The position numbers and the translations under genes were made by a program. Source: Amoeboaphelidium protococcarum X5 (taxonomy: Eukaryota > Fungi > Aphelidiomycota). Taken from it: DNA of 64,000 nt. Positions 1 through 12,710 of the stretch are shown here, piece after piece. Where the stretch lies: positions 71,990-135,989 of the forward strand of contig JALDTO010000179.1 of assembly GCA_023515725.1 (NCBI GenBank). The letters are read 5' to 3'. Below the pieces are notes generated by a model. That model was not told the DNA's origin and ran no database searches. It was given only the letters and a program-made list of their open reading frames with translations. The number at the start of each line of letters is the position of its first letter. The stretch's first letter is position 1.

Positions 1-633
1 CCTCCTCAATATCGTATACTAGAGATGTAGGATAATTTATTCGCGGAGACACGGTTGAATACTATTCTGACTGCGGCATGGTAAAACTGCCAGATATATG
101 AGATATCCAGAACTGACCACGACCATCTTTAAGACGATAACGATCAAAGCAGAGACGTATAAAGTAATTCCGATAAACGCCCACCTGGAGAACATCTAGA
201 GATGATTAATGCTGAGCCACAGAGTGAACGATAGCCAGATAAGATTACTCTGTAGGAGATTCACGAAGAGATGCGAATTTGGGCACATCACGGAGGTCTA
301 TAAACGCAGAAGATCCACGAAGAGTTGACATGTCGAGAGATCCGGACCTCAATTATATCATTGACGGTAACTACAACATATGAATGTGATCATCTTCATA
401 TTCGAGTGCAAAGCTATTACCGCTAAAAGTATCCACAAAAACCAATCTAAGAGGATGAACCAAGTACAGAAACACAAGTCCATCCAATCCTTCAGCTATC
501 CGAAAGTATTCTCTATTGGAAGCGGTGGACATGTCTATAGGAACATACATCCAATTCTTTTACTTATAAGGCGCATCTTTCCATCTTGGACTCAATTAGC
601 TTGTGCCTAAAAATCTTAATTCTACTCCTTTGA
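1..633 (+). other. 5'-truncated open frame (TAR=Gln) of unknown product, possibly a degenerate repeat or TE relic
   Basis: Frame 1 has no TGA from base 1 to TGA 631-633 (211 codons). No recognisable motif. Downstream 634-1500 holds only broken frames. Confidence 0.25.
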
Positions 634-1547
634 TGTAATTGGAAGATGACATATCATAATCGTCACTATTATGAGAGCCATAATCAAATCGAGATGATAA
701 ATTTCCAACCTGTATTTATCGTAAAAACAATCGCGGTTTTCCCCATCGTTCACTGCTAGATAAAAGAAATAATCTCCTCTAAGAGTCAGCACTACCATCT
801 CTTGCATTTTGATTTTTATCACTGCTGACATCTTTAATGTGTGGATGAGCTACAATCCACCGCGGATCCTCCTATCCAGTGTGATACGCACCAATATCTG
901 GAATTTCAAAATCTGGCAGTCTATACATAATCTATATCTCATGATACAACGTCTTCTACTATTATTATTATAACTACCGCTCCTTCATCTAGGATGCGCT
1001 AATAAAACCAATGACAATAGAAGACTCGGCAGGTCGGAGCATTTTCAACAGGCTCGACACTGTGCCAATAACGCCGCCGCACTGCGACCGCGACGATTCC
1101 CTCACCGCGACAAACCAGACACCATTCCAATGCGCCATCGTTGGATTCCAATAGGTGCATGAACTTTTACAACAAGATTTGGCAGTCTATAAGTCCAAAT
1201 CCACTTCCTGATCTGCTGAATAGCTGAATTATAACTCCTGGATGGTACGAATACTTTACAGAAATTTGTCATCCTAGATGAATAATTAGAGGTTGAACGA
1301 TGCATACAGATGATACACAAAACTCAGAGCATATATAGAGACCCCAAAGACTATGAGCAATACTAAATTACACGGATGTCTTTTATTTCGAAGAAGCCGC
1401 AAGAGACGCCTAAGAATCATAAGCTTGTTGAAATTTAAATATGGGATTACTTAATTGTTAGACACTCTCAGCTCAAAGGCGAGAGGAGGAAGAATTGCAA
1501 AAGAGATTAGAAAAAAACGCATTACCGTTTAGGTGAAACAATTAAAA

Positions 1548-2966
1548 TCAAACTTGTACTTTATATAGCATATTCATCACGTATCGCTTATCAATAGTGA
1601 ATAGCAAAGATTCACAATCAGAGTCGCCGACGCTTATATAAAATACATTCCCACTATCTTGGATCGTGGTTGGGTACGAGATTGAGTGAGATAGACGGCT
1701 CTCACTGCCATACGGTAGAGTGAAGTGCCGAGACATATGGCTGAGATGCCAGTTGTAATCTGTTGTCCCGTCTTCCGCGTTAACTCGAGTGAACATTGAT
1801 ATTCTGACAAAGTGGGAGACATAGACGAGGCTCTTTTGGGTGAGCAAGTGCCAATGAGCCATTGCCAACCAGGCGGCAACTTCGCCATCTTAGTGGTGAA
1901 TGTCATCCTCAGCTTGAAGGGGAATAAGCGCTGAGGATCCCAACAGTCGATCACCTAAGCCCAAGTCATGATACAGTATGTGGTTACGGAACATCATTGT
2001 CGAGTTGCCAGTTTCAGTGTCCACCCACATGAGTACCAATGGGGCAAGACTGTACACAAAGAGGAGATTCTTATCGCGTGCAACATCTTTAAATCTCCAG
2101 TTCCAGCTAACATCTTCCCACTTGAGATTATGAACGGGCATGTGAAGCCAATTCTTCTACTTCATTGGTTCCCCTTCAAACGGCCAAAGTAGAAGCGGCT
2201 CTCTCGATTTCAATATTACACTTTTTTAAGAGTTATCGATACTGTTGTCGCCCATTTAATCTCTAATAGCTACATCAATCTTGGTGAGATGCATTCGAGC
2301 CTCTCCGTGTCTCTCGAACGGAGAAATTATAAATGCATTCATCCACCCATCTTCTTAGAATCCCTGATCAACTACCCAGCGAGGATCTTCATGGCCAAAA
2401 TATTTAGTCTGCCACGTCCTTCGTTCAGCCTGTTATAATCTTGCTAATGGTCGCACCTTAATGTGTTAATCTCGCTCACTATCAATTGATCCTCTACTGA
2501 AGTCAGGCACTGATCCAACCACTTGACCAACAACGACCGAGCTCACTTTACTCCGCGCCTTCTTTGCCATAGACATCCAAGTCCCTATTGGACCACCGCA
2601 ATTAGAATCCTAGGATTCTCTAACAGCGACAAGCCAAATATCTCTATCGTATCTTATTACTGTTGGATTAAAGTACGAACAGCCGAAGCGACAGTGTTCA
2701 GACAACTCCAGCTAGTGCCCAATTTCTCGCCTGTCCACTTCTGAGGTATATTCGCTGTATGCAGCAGATGAAAAGTCTAGACTTAGTTTATTTATACTTT
2801 TAATAGCACGAGGATCTAGTATAGTAAGATAGCTCGCATTCCTCATCTTGTAGTCTCTTCGGATTGACAACAGTACATGGATACTGAATAAGATTGCAAT
2901 TAGCATCAAGACCCGCCTAACACTGCGCTAACTAATCCGAAATATCTATCGAGCACTTTGTAGCAT
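1548..2966 (-). CDS. Type II membrane protein with 5-bladed beta-propeller glycosyltransferase/phosphorylase-like domain (GT91/GT108/GH130-like), 472 aa
   Basis: Track ORFs 2712-2909, 1890-2141 and 1548-1868 share one frame and join through TAR. N-terminal hydrophobic anchor (VLMLIAILFSIHVLLSI), motifs FGHEDPRW and QKNW, C-terminal YISVGDSD. Ends at TGA. Confidence 0.6.
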
Positions 2967-3244
2967 AATACTTAATAGGTAGCACCAACGCTGCTTAAAG
3001 TCCCTCAATAGATTATCTGAACCGGGCGAAAGCTTGAAACACCGAAAGTCTAAATTGACAACGGCGCAGCTAAACGCGTAATGGATCCTGTCACTCTGCA
3101 CCTTCATGCGTATACTGTACCGTTATATTGAAAATTGGGAACACCTTAACTCAAATGATAAATAAAATAATGACAAAGTAAAAAAATAGTAAACAGAAAG
3201 TAAATACAAGGATTCAATATATCTATTCATTAGCCACATAATAC

Positions 3245-4114
3245 TCAGGAAGAATCAACTTCCACGGACGGCGAAACTTCACGTCTACTACCACTACTGC
3301 TACTATTAAAACGTTCCAGTACTCTCTTTTTTACAATGTGATCCATCAAGGGCCTCATTTTCATCGCACCTTCAATGGCGAGCTGATTGATCTGACGAAA
3401 CTTGTTGATGTGGATTCGCGACTCGGCCGTCAGCAGAACGACGCGAGGCATACCAGATCCACGCTCAATCTTATGGGGCAAGATGGCAACGGTGAGACGC
3501 GGTACATCGTAACTCGCCGACTCTTCATAATTATTTAGGTCCACTATAGGCTGATCGCGAACAATGCCCGCCACCGTGGAACATATATAATCTGTCATGG
3601 GGATACCAGCATCAATCAAAGCCATTGACGTGGCGTTTATAGCAGCAGATAGGAGACCACCATCGGCAGAGACTACCTGTATCTCAATCACGATATCAGA
3701 TCTTGGGAACAATTGTGTATGAACAACTTCAGAGAAGCACAGGGATACTGTAGATGCAATCTCTTCCAGGCGTTTATCGAATTTCATCTATCTTTTGCGT
3801 TCCATGGCGGTACTGGAGAACGGAGCCAATTTGATATCACAGACGATTCGGCACCGATCACCAGTATCTTTGGCACTGGATTCCTGAGGTCCGCGTACAA
3901 TGGAAAATAGCTTCGTGTTTCCCATTTCTATCAGTGCAGAGCCATCACAATGCTGATGAACTCCCATTCGAAGGGAGCAATTTCTCAACTCATCGCTCCG
4001 CCTTCCATCGATCCTCAATCCTTCTGGGTTGTATAAATCTAGACTTTATTGCTACATGGATATAAATGCATTTAAAATATATATTACAATCATTCACTTG
4101 AAGAGGCTTACCAT
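3245..4114 (-). CDS. RRP41: Exosome complex component RRP41 (RNase PH-like); exon 1 is the ATG only, intron 4052-4111
   Basis: Motifs LYNPEGLRIDGRR, DGSALIEMGNTK and ADGGLLSAAINATSMALIDAGIP. In-frame TAG at 3788-3790 is read through. 60-nt GTAAGC...ATGTAG intron. Confidence 0.93.
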
Positions 4115-4413
4115 AATTGTTGTGTTCTACGTCACGCTGTATGATTTTTCAGTTTTTACCGCCGATAAAGCAAGCGGTTGAAAATGGTCATACTTTTATT
4201 GATGGCTGTGTGTTGCTGTGGGCGTTCGTTTGATCGATCTTTGATCCTTTCCAGATGAACGGGCGATCTTTTACTAGTTTTTACTTGCAGTGTAACTACG
4301 TTGCACAAAGCTTAAAAATTTCAACTGATTGTTATTACGTAGATGAATAGATGAATTACTTACAAATAAAAAATGAATTTGGTATAATTATTACAAACTT
4401 ATTAACAAGCATA

Positions 4414-4959
4414 TCACTGGGATGATGGAACGGTAGACTATCGAAGAGATTGGGCAGCTTCCTTTAATCGCTCCGAAGCTTCTACGAATGCTTCACCGAT
4501 CACGGTTAAATGTAAGATCCATCGACTCTCTGCATCTTACGGTTTATCTTTCTACTATAGAATTTGTACTGATCTTATGTAATGCGGCCCATCATTTATA
4601 CATTCTCCGAGAGGTATTTGCTTTTGAATTGCATCAACATCAGTTCTAACTAGGATGCGCATCAATTACTACAGCGATTCAACTTGCGCGTGCATTTACA
4701 TCAGCTACTGCGATAACTGAGAAAGAACTGCATGAGGCATCTTCTTGGAGTAATTGACAGACTACCCGCTACCATCCATATTGCCATCACGTAAAGACTG
4801 CCGTATCTTATACTCTTATAAAACATCGACCCAATTCACCGCAGGCAACATTCTAGCTAGAGTCCGTTCGTAGCTCGGCAAATGAGCATACTAATCATCT
4901 ACTGGCTGTCCATTAGATTCCTCATCAAAGTGGGATATTCTCTCTGCATTCACAGTCAT
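4414..4959 (-). CDS. Hypothetical protein, ~181 aa, absent from the standard-code track
   Basis: ATG 4959 to TGA 4414 is open with TAR=Gln (MTVNAERISHFDEES...LRQSTVPSSQ). It fills the gap between RRP41 and the RhoGAP gene. Confidence 0.55.
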
Positions 4960-5161
4960 CGTCTCAATTGTCTATCTACTGTAAATCCAGAACGTATCAA
5001 GTCACGGTTGCTAAGGAAGGCTTAATATTAGCTGAACAACCAACACAAGTACAATGTGGAGATTTTGATCCTCTTAAAAAAACTTCAATTTAGAAAAAGA
5101 TCAAAATCAGCTCAAATTATTGTTTCAACCGATTTGTAATTTTAGATATAGAGAATAAAAA

Positions 5162-7996
5162 ATGTCATCAAAATAGCTGAGTATGGTGTCTAAATGGGTC
5201 AAAGGCTCGAAAGGATCTTCTTCTGGTAAATCTAATGCGTCCAAATCTGCGAGATACAAAGAGGTGTTTGGCCTCTCTTTGGAAGAGTATATATTCATGG
5301 ATAAGGCAAAGCATAACCATTACGATGTTCCTATCATTCTGATTGCCCTGTGTGAACATTTAAGTAGAAAAGATATTGCCAAGACTGAGGGTGTTCTGCG
5401 AATATCTGGTGGCTCTTAGGATGTAAATAATTTAAAATCCAAGATTGTGGATGCATATCTCCATTCCCCAGTGAACATTCTCTCCCTTTAGAAAGCACTG
5501 CAAGTCTCAAACAATGAATTTGCTGATCCGCACGTTGTCGCCACAGTGCTAAAACACTTTCTACGTGAGATCAGAGGAGGCGTGGTGGCTATTGAATTTT
5601 AGGCTAAATTATCTGAATCTTGTCAGCAGCTAAATTCTGTACAATAATCCTCTAATGCTTCTACTCCTAAAACCTCAGATCTTTAACGGGCTTTAACGTC
5701 TGTCCGATCAGTTTTGAATGCTATGCCTTTGTAAAGTAAGGACTGTCTGCGGTATGTCATCATCTTTATGAAGAGGATATCTTCATTCTCAGTCTTTAAC
5801 AAGATGGCGATTGCCAACTTAATATTGCTATTCTCTCCGAATTTGTTTGAATAATCAAAGACTGCGATTGCTTCGTAATTTGGTGGTTCTAATGAATCTC
5901 TCAATGATAATCAACTGGCTAATTAAAACAAATTATCAACAACGGGCGAAAGTTCTGGCGCAATGATGGATTTTGTTAAACTAAGTCAAGTTCTGAATAC
6001 TTTGGTGCTGCACTTTGAATCGCTGTTTGGTAGAGCAAATTCGGATGACGAAGGTGATCGTGTATTTGAAGTGGATCTAACGCCATAGGAGATTAATATT
6101 TTTCATGGTGACAACTTTTCTGCTCTTATTAGTAGCTCTGTAAATCCAACAAAGTCTGCCAATAGCAAATCTGTTGTTAATAATAGTAAACGGGTTGATG
6201 ATGCTGATGAGTCGTAGAATGATATGAAAATGCAGGGTGACCTGAAGAAGAGTAATAACAAAGTGGATGACGTGAATAGTGTTTAGAGTCAGATGTTGCT
6301 ATCTCCTTAGGATGAGTCGGAACTAACAGAAAAGTTTTAATCCGTCAAGTTTAAAAAAGGCTTCAAAAAGACGATGTAGAAGGCTTTATTGACGTAGAAG
6401 AGTGTTGTCGCTGGTACTGAGCAAAGGGATGACGCGCTGGCCAAAGTTAGTCTCAACGCTATATCGCAGTCCACGTCGAATTTGGATTTGCAAGATTTAT
6501 CGGTCCAAGATGGAGGAGAGGAGATATTGAGAAACTCTAAAGATGCCGGTATATTATCGTCAGTGACCAAGTCTAGAATTAAAGGACCTCTACGTCGTCG
6601 AGCTCCTAGTATCGGTGCCTAGAATTAAGAGGAAGAGCGCGTAGTCATTGAAAGTCAAAGGTACTTGAAAAGACCTTCGAAAAATTAGAGCTCTGTCGAA
6701 GATACTAGCAGTATTTCAACGACAAAGCCTGCTGGTAAATCTGTCAGATTTAGCTAGGACAAGCAGGAGATAAGTTCCACAGTACCAGCGTCCGATCCAT
6801 TATATGAATCTAGTGATGATGACGATGCTATTCAGTCGGTCGAGTATGATAAATGGGACGAGGAATTTCAATCTAGGACCGACAGCTCATCCAGGCAAGT
6901 CTTACAAGTAAAAACTCAGTTGAATGAGAAAATGAAAAAGCTCCGGGAACTAGATAGTTTAATCAAGCAGTAGAGTCCAACGAGAGATTAGCGTAATGTG
7001 CAGGCAACAGATAGTCTTAACAATAACAGAAATAAATAATCGTCCTTCTAGGAAGATTAGAGGCCGCAGTAGTAGGCTACTGTTGAGACGCTGAGAAGTC
7101 CGATTTAATCTGCAGCTCGTCCATCAGAGTATGATGATATATTGGATAATTACTCAACTTAATCGTTCCCTCGCGCATCTGAAAATAAAGCGCGGTAGAA
7201 CTCTAAATCTGCTGAACTATTTGGTGGAGAGTCGGGTGATAGGCCGAGATCAGCTACTTTAAGCAGAAGGAAGCAGAGTCAAGGTGGTGAGAGAAATGCT
7301 CTGTTTAGTCCATCAACGCCTGGTATTGGAAAAGAGCAAATGATTAAAGACGAAGATTTTGAGGAAGTGATTGATTTGGTGGAGAAATTGCCAAGCTTAA
7401 AGTACTCCGCTCATTTTACTTAACGTGATTTGTAACTTTATTAGGAACGTCTCGACATTGCGCGACCAGCATTGGCAAAGTACTAGCGGTATTTGCGGCT
7501 CATCAAGGATGCACTGCAATTAGTGGACCAAGAGCTTACATCTAATGAGCATGATCTCAGGCGATAATATTACGCTGAAGAGTTGGAAAAGTTCAAGGCA
7601 CTGCTCGATTAGTACCGGTCGCTGAAAGCGTTCCTAAGCAAACAGCAGAGGCAGTAGTAGTTGAATTACCGCGATCAACTTTAATACCAAGTCGATGAGC
7701 TCAGCTCTCCTCTTACTCCTTTCCAAACGATTGAGCGTAAGAGGAATCCGTTGATGCAAAAGTATAATGATACTTTATCGTTGAAAGAACAAGCAAAAGT
7801 GAAGAGAACAGTGCAAGTCAACGTTGAGGATCTCAAGGCTGAGAAGCATGAAGTGAAGAAGAAGATTGTAAAGCTGAAGTAATAACTGGATGAGGCACAG
7901 AAGAATGGCGAGCAAAATGGGGCTCAAAAGCTCAAATAATTACTTATGTAGCATCATGAGCGATATCTAGTGTTAAAGAACGTATTATAATAATGA
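5162..7996 (+). CDS. RhoGAP-domain protein with C-terminal coiled coil (FAM13-like architecture), ~944 aa
   Basis: Motifs VFGLSL, VPIIL, EGVLRISG (arginine finger), DPHVVATVLKHFLRE and NKMAIANLILLFSPNLF. One frame to TAA-TAA-TGA at 7988-7996. Confidence 0.85.
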
Positions 7997-8467
7997 ATAT
8001 ATAGATAAATTTGTGACGTAAGTTTATTATGCGCGATTACACTTGACATCTCTTGAATAGTCGTCTGATGTTTTTGGTGCAGGAAATTGGATTTTATTTG
8101 TAAGTGTTGTGATATTAGTATGTGAGAGCAATCCCCGTCAAAAATCTGATACCTGTCACCAAACCATAGAATCCATGTAATTTCGACAATCCCTGAATGA
8201 CAATGGTTGACAAGTGCAGATTACACAGAGACTTAGCGATCTTAAACTCAGTTTGCATAAAAGGCTATTTTTAGACTTGGTCGGAATCTGGGCCAAAATC
8301 AGCCAGACGACAAAAGCATGAAGGCTATTATCATGCTTTATTCCCACATTAGTAGCTCTCCTTGTCAACCGCTTATTACTGCTTGCACATTCTTTAGCTT
8401 ACAGATAATCTTAACAGTGAGAAAGAATACTAGTTAATATCTCTGCACATTTGACCAATCGTACATT

Positions 8468-9658
8468 ATGAAGCTTCACATTGATGAATTGCCGCTGCCG
8501 CCAGCTATTGACATAACCTCCGATAGCGCAGCGATGCATGACCTTAAGCTGTCCAATGGTATTGCTGGTGATAACGTTTCCCCTTCTGTAAATACTGCAT
8601 CATCCGATAGTCCGTTTATCCCTAAATCTAATGCTTTGGGAGATAAAGCTTCTGATACAACTGCTTCCACTCCAGTTGCTGAGCTAAAACCAGCTTCGCC
8701 CAAGATTCGTTTCAATAATGATGAGTACACAAGGTCTGCCAAGTCTGATCACACTGCGAATATTGAAGATATGCTCAAGGCCAGGCCCGCATTCCCTCCT
8801 ACTGCACCTAGCGTATTCCGCACTCCCAACACCAACATTGTGACTAATCGCTAACTGGACACTACTCCTGAGCTACTGTCAATCAAGCAGGCTATAATTG
8901 ATTCTCAAATATATGTGACTCCTCCCAAGCTGTACATCCGTATCATTGGCTTCCGTTACTCGAGAGATGGCGAGGATGCAGCAACGCAGGCTGATATGTC
9001 GGTGATGTCTCATGATGAAAATAGCACCAACAACAAGGCTAGCCAGAAGCGAAAGAAGGTTATGGATCTGCGCGTCGATATCTCAAAATTCATTGATACT
9101 GACTATCTGATCTATAACCCCGAGTCAATTGGTAACTATCATCTGGATAGGAGACATAAGCACAAGTCACTGAACATTTACAAATACGTAGCATCCAGCA
9201 AGTTGAAGGCCGTCTGCCAGTCAATTAAAGACAAATTTGGTGATGAGTTTGATCATCTGAGCGTGCGCATAACCAATGATGAGTTCGTCGAGCACATTCC
9301 AAAGGCCTACAAGGGAATGTTCTTTGGTGAGGGATGTTCCAAGTCTTTGCGAATTGCAATCTGCCTCGCCTTTCCACCTATAATTCCAGCGGTGCTGTTT
9401 GAATTGGTGAACAAAAAGGACTATGATACCGGATTCGTTTTCCGTATCAGAAAGTCTAATATTGAGGCAATCGAGAAGGAGCTTGCGGAAGTTGCCTCTG
9501 CTGGAATCCGGGATGTCGATCCATCGCAGCGTAAACAGGAGAATCTCGATCGCGTCCAGAAGAGCGACGGCGAGTTGGCAAAGCGATCTGCCATTGAGCA
9601 GGATTGCATCATTAACAGCCCTGAGATGGCAAAAACTAATCAAGTTAGCACTGTGTGA
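8468..9658 (+). CDS. Hypothetical protein, 396 aa, Pro/Ser-rich N-terminus and one hydrophobic segment
   Basis: Track ORFs 8468-8854 and 8915-9658 are in frame and joined by TAA=Gln. Ends at TGA. Confidence 0.7.
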
Positions 9659-9775
9659 TGATGATAATGTATGGAGACTATAGGTACACTGATATTGTGT
9701 ACTTGGCTCTCAACCAAATGAAGAAATAAATGTTGATTAGGATAAATCAAAACGTACTTGGTTCTTGAAATTAAC

Positions 9776-10693
9776 TCAAAATAAATTCACTTTGTACTCT
9801 TTTTGAAGCAACTACTTTGCAATATTTGAGATGTGCTTAAATCTATCACTGCCTAGATGAGTTCCACCAAACCAGCGCGACACAATAACAACCACTTTGT
9901 TGTAGCCACCGCTCTCAAGCAAACTCAGCAATCGAATACCGGCACCTCCTTCGCCATCGTCATCATAACCATATTCTACGTTATCAATTCGATACGCGAC
10001 GATATTATGACTTGCTTTCCGAATTTTACTGTTCTGAAGAAGAGTATCCAAGACTTGTGCAATCTAATCTTTACTATTAATCCTTGCCATATGTGCCACA
10101 AAAATTGACTTTCTGTCCACTATGGGTTCTTCTGACGACACAATCTTGATCGAAGTTTATCGTTTTTGTGCTTCAGAGTCAGTATAGTTAGTTGTCTTCA
10201 TAGCCTCAGCATCTTTATTCAATGAATGATCGTCATTAAGAACGCCACTAGCTGCAGATACTTAGTTCTAAGAAGATAGCGTTTATCGCCGATCAAGCCA
10301 TTACCATAAATTTCCATCTTACTATGACAGCTCTTAATCGAGACGCGACTATAGTTGTTCGCGCAAGTACTCGATCCAGTCATATATAATGGAGGACTTT
10401 GTATCAGTGTATTGCTACTGAATATCGTTGTTAACGCGTTACATGAAGTCCTTGTCAGAAGTCAGCCATTTCACCGGACAATTGAATGATTCCCTAATTG
10501 TGATCTTCGGAGCACTTTCTGATGGATAATTCTGAGGCATTTCAATCTCAATTAACACGACGATACTGCCATCTTATTACTGCGAGTTTAAATGAAGCCG
10601 ATATAAAATCCGATTATCCTCAGAGACTAGTAGCTCTTCCGGCGAGTATATTGACTACAGGACTTCAATCTCTTATTACTACTCTTCGTTCAT
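9776..10693 (-). CDS. YIH1: IMPACT/YIH1-family protein (RWD + UPF0029 domains), 305 aa
   Basis: RWD start MNEEQQQEIEVLQSIY and MPQNYPS. UPF0029 motifs ASHNIVAYR, DDDGEGGAG and VSRWFGGTHLGSDRFKHI. Confidence 0.92.
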
Positions 10694-10870
10694 TCTATGA
10701 TATTAAATACAAAACGTTAAAGCAGATCACGGCGAAATGTAACTCTAAAAGGGCCCGCAAAGACTATCAACTATATACAGTAATAAAATTAAAGGTTTTA
10801 AGATGCAAAAAAAATTAACATGTAATTGATATTCTAATCTTTTATTGTACGTAGACACTAAGTTTATGCA

Positions 10871-12514
10871 TCAATGATAAATTTGCTCATAAATACAAAA
10901 TACTGTTCCCATCACAGCCAATGCAAAAAAGAGGGATAGTACACAGACAGCCACAATACGCTTGAGCAATGTTGATTCTAACATTTTATCAGAGGCTTTG
11001 TCTTCAAAGATACATAGCTATAAATGATGAGACTTTGAAATAAAGCCAGCGACAAGGGGGGCAGAATCGATTTCGCCACCATCAAATCCTTACCTACTAG
11101 AAAATACAAGCCAGCATAATACGGGGAACAGTATGGAGTTAATAGTACAAAACAGACTACCAAGAAGCGCCAGTACGCGATCAAAGTGTGGAAATATAAT
11201 AGCCACTACTAGGACAAGTACACATATAAATGTCTTTACCAGCGTTGTTCTTAAATACAGCCACAGCGACTTGTACCCTTTGTACATATTCTCTACTTCT
11301 CTATCATTTTAGCTATCAGAAAGAAGTTAGGACTATTCATCATCATCGTCGTCGTCCTTGTCACATTGAGAAGGATCAGTATCCACTACATGACTCTTTG
11401 AATTCTATACAGACGGCGGAATCAATATAGATTCATCATCACCAGCATTGACTTTCGAAAACAGGAAATTCTCAATCTCTAACACTATAGGAAATATGAG
11501 CAATGGAAACTTTGTGAATGGATTAATAATGACCAATGCCATGGTAATAAAGTAAATGACACGAGGATATGCGGGGTCGCGTAGATTCTCAGTAATAACA
11601 CTCTGGACCCGATCGCCAAACATCAAATAACCACAACTGCCCACAATTATATACAAGACAAATGCTGAACTAAAAGCAACATTTACACTACGAGCAAACT
11701 TTTGCGGTTACTTCATGGAAGCATAGAAGCCGGGAAAGCATGGGGCAGCGGAGAATCCAGCCATGAATAAACCGAAAGCTGCAGGCACAGATGTCCACTT
11801 CTCAGGAAGGAGATACGTGTTGCTGACTGAACGCAGAGATCCAATAGCATCTGGTTTATAGAATCCATCAAATAATACGACCGCCGTAAGATTAATTATA
11901 CAAACAATTCCAAGCAGACTGGCATAAGATAGATTAGACAAACTCTTGGGCCAGGTACAAACCGTCATTAAAGACCACGCAACTAATTTTACATACAACT
12001 CATACTACGAAAGATCCAGAGTCAATACCACTGAATGAGAGGCGAGTAATAGCATCGCCACAGAGCCAGCGAATAACTCACAAATGAACAGAATCTGGAT
12101 GAACGTTCTCCCCTTGAGTCCAAAAGCAGCCTCGCCAATATCGCCGTACGTAACAAGAGCATCTTTCTTCATGGATAACATGGACTCTTTACATTCTAGC
12201 TAACTAGACAGTCGCCGCTATTGTTATTTAACTGGAGAATCTGACGCAATCTATGACTAATAATCGCCGCCTAACCATTTCATCTTGAGCCACTTGTACT
12301 GACATGCCCCTAAAATCTTCCCGCAATAAGCAGACACATATCCGCATAGCATCAGCAGTAAGACTGCACACAGCCAGCCGCACTTTGAAAATGCAGACGG
12401 GAGACATAGGAGCGATACACCCAAAATCACATTAGCCGTATTAAAGATAGTCTGCAGTGCACTACTGCCGCCAGATTGTCGATCACAATCACTCTATCGC
12501 TGTATATTACTCAT
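10871..12514 (-). CDS. Vacuolar amino acid transporter (AVT1-like, Aa_trans), 547 aa
   Basis: Motifs SSALQTIFNTANVILGVSLLCLP, TYGDIGEAAFG, GYLMFG and INPFTKFPL, with many TM helices. Track fragments are all in one frame. Confidence 0.9.
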
Positions 12515-12710
12515 TCACTAACTAGTTTATTATTGATCACAATAAATTGAATTAAAATCTAATATTCAAATTGAATACCAACTCCACAATTAATATTAAT
12601 GAGATGGTAGATGGGCGAATGTGATGGCAGCAAAGTTCAGGTGATCGCCGCTGCCTTTAATTGTTTTTTGCTTGTTGTTTTGATGAGAAAGTCCTCGCGA
12701 TTGCCTCAAA

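Noticed and set aside
12601-12631. Loose resemblance of the minus strand to the 3' end of U6atac snRNA (possible Dada target)
   Set aside because: The match is short and gapped and no convincing 5' half was found at the other flank. An Infernal search on the joined flanks would be needed.
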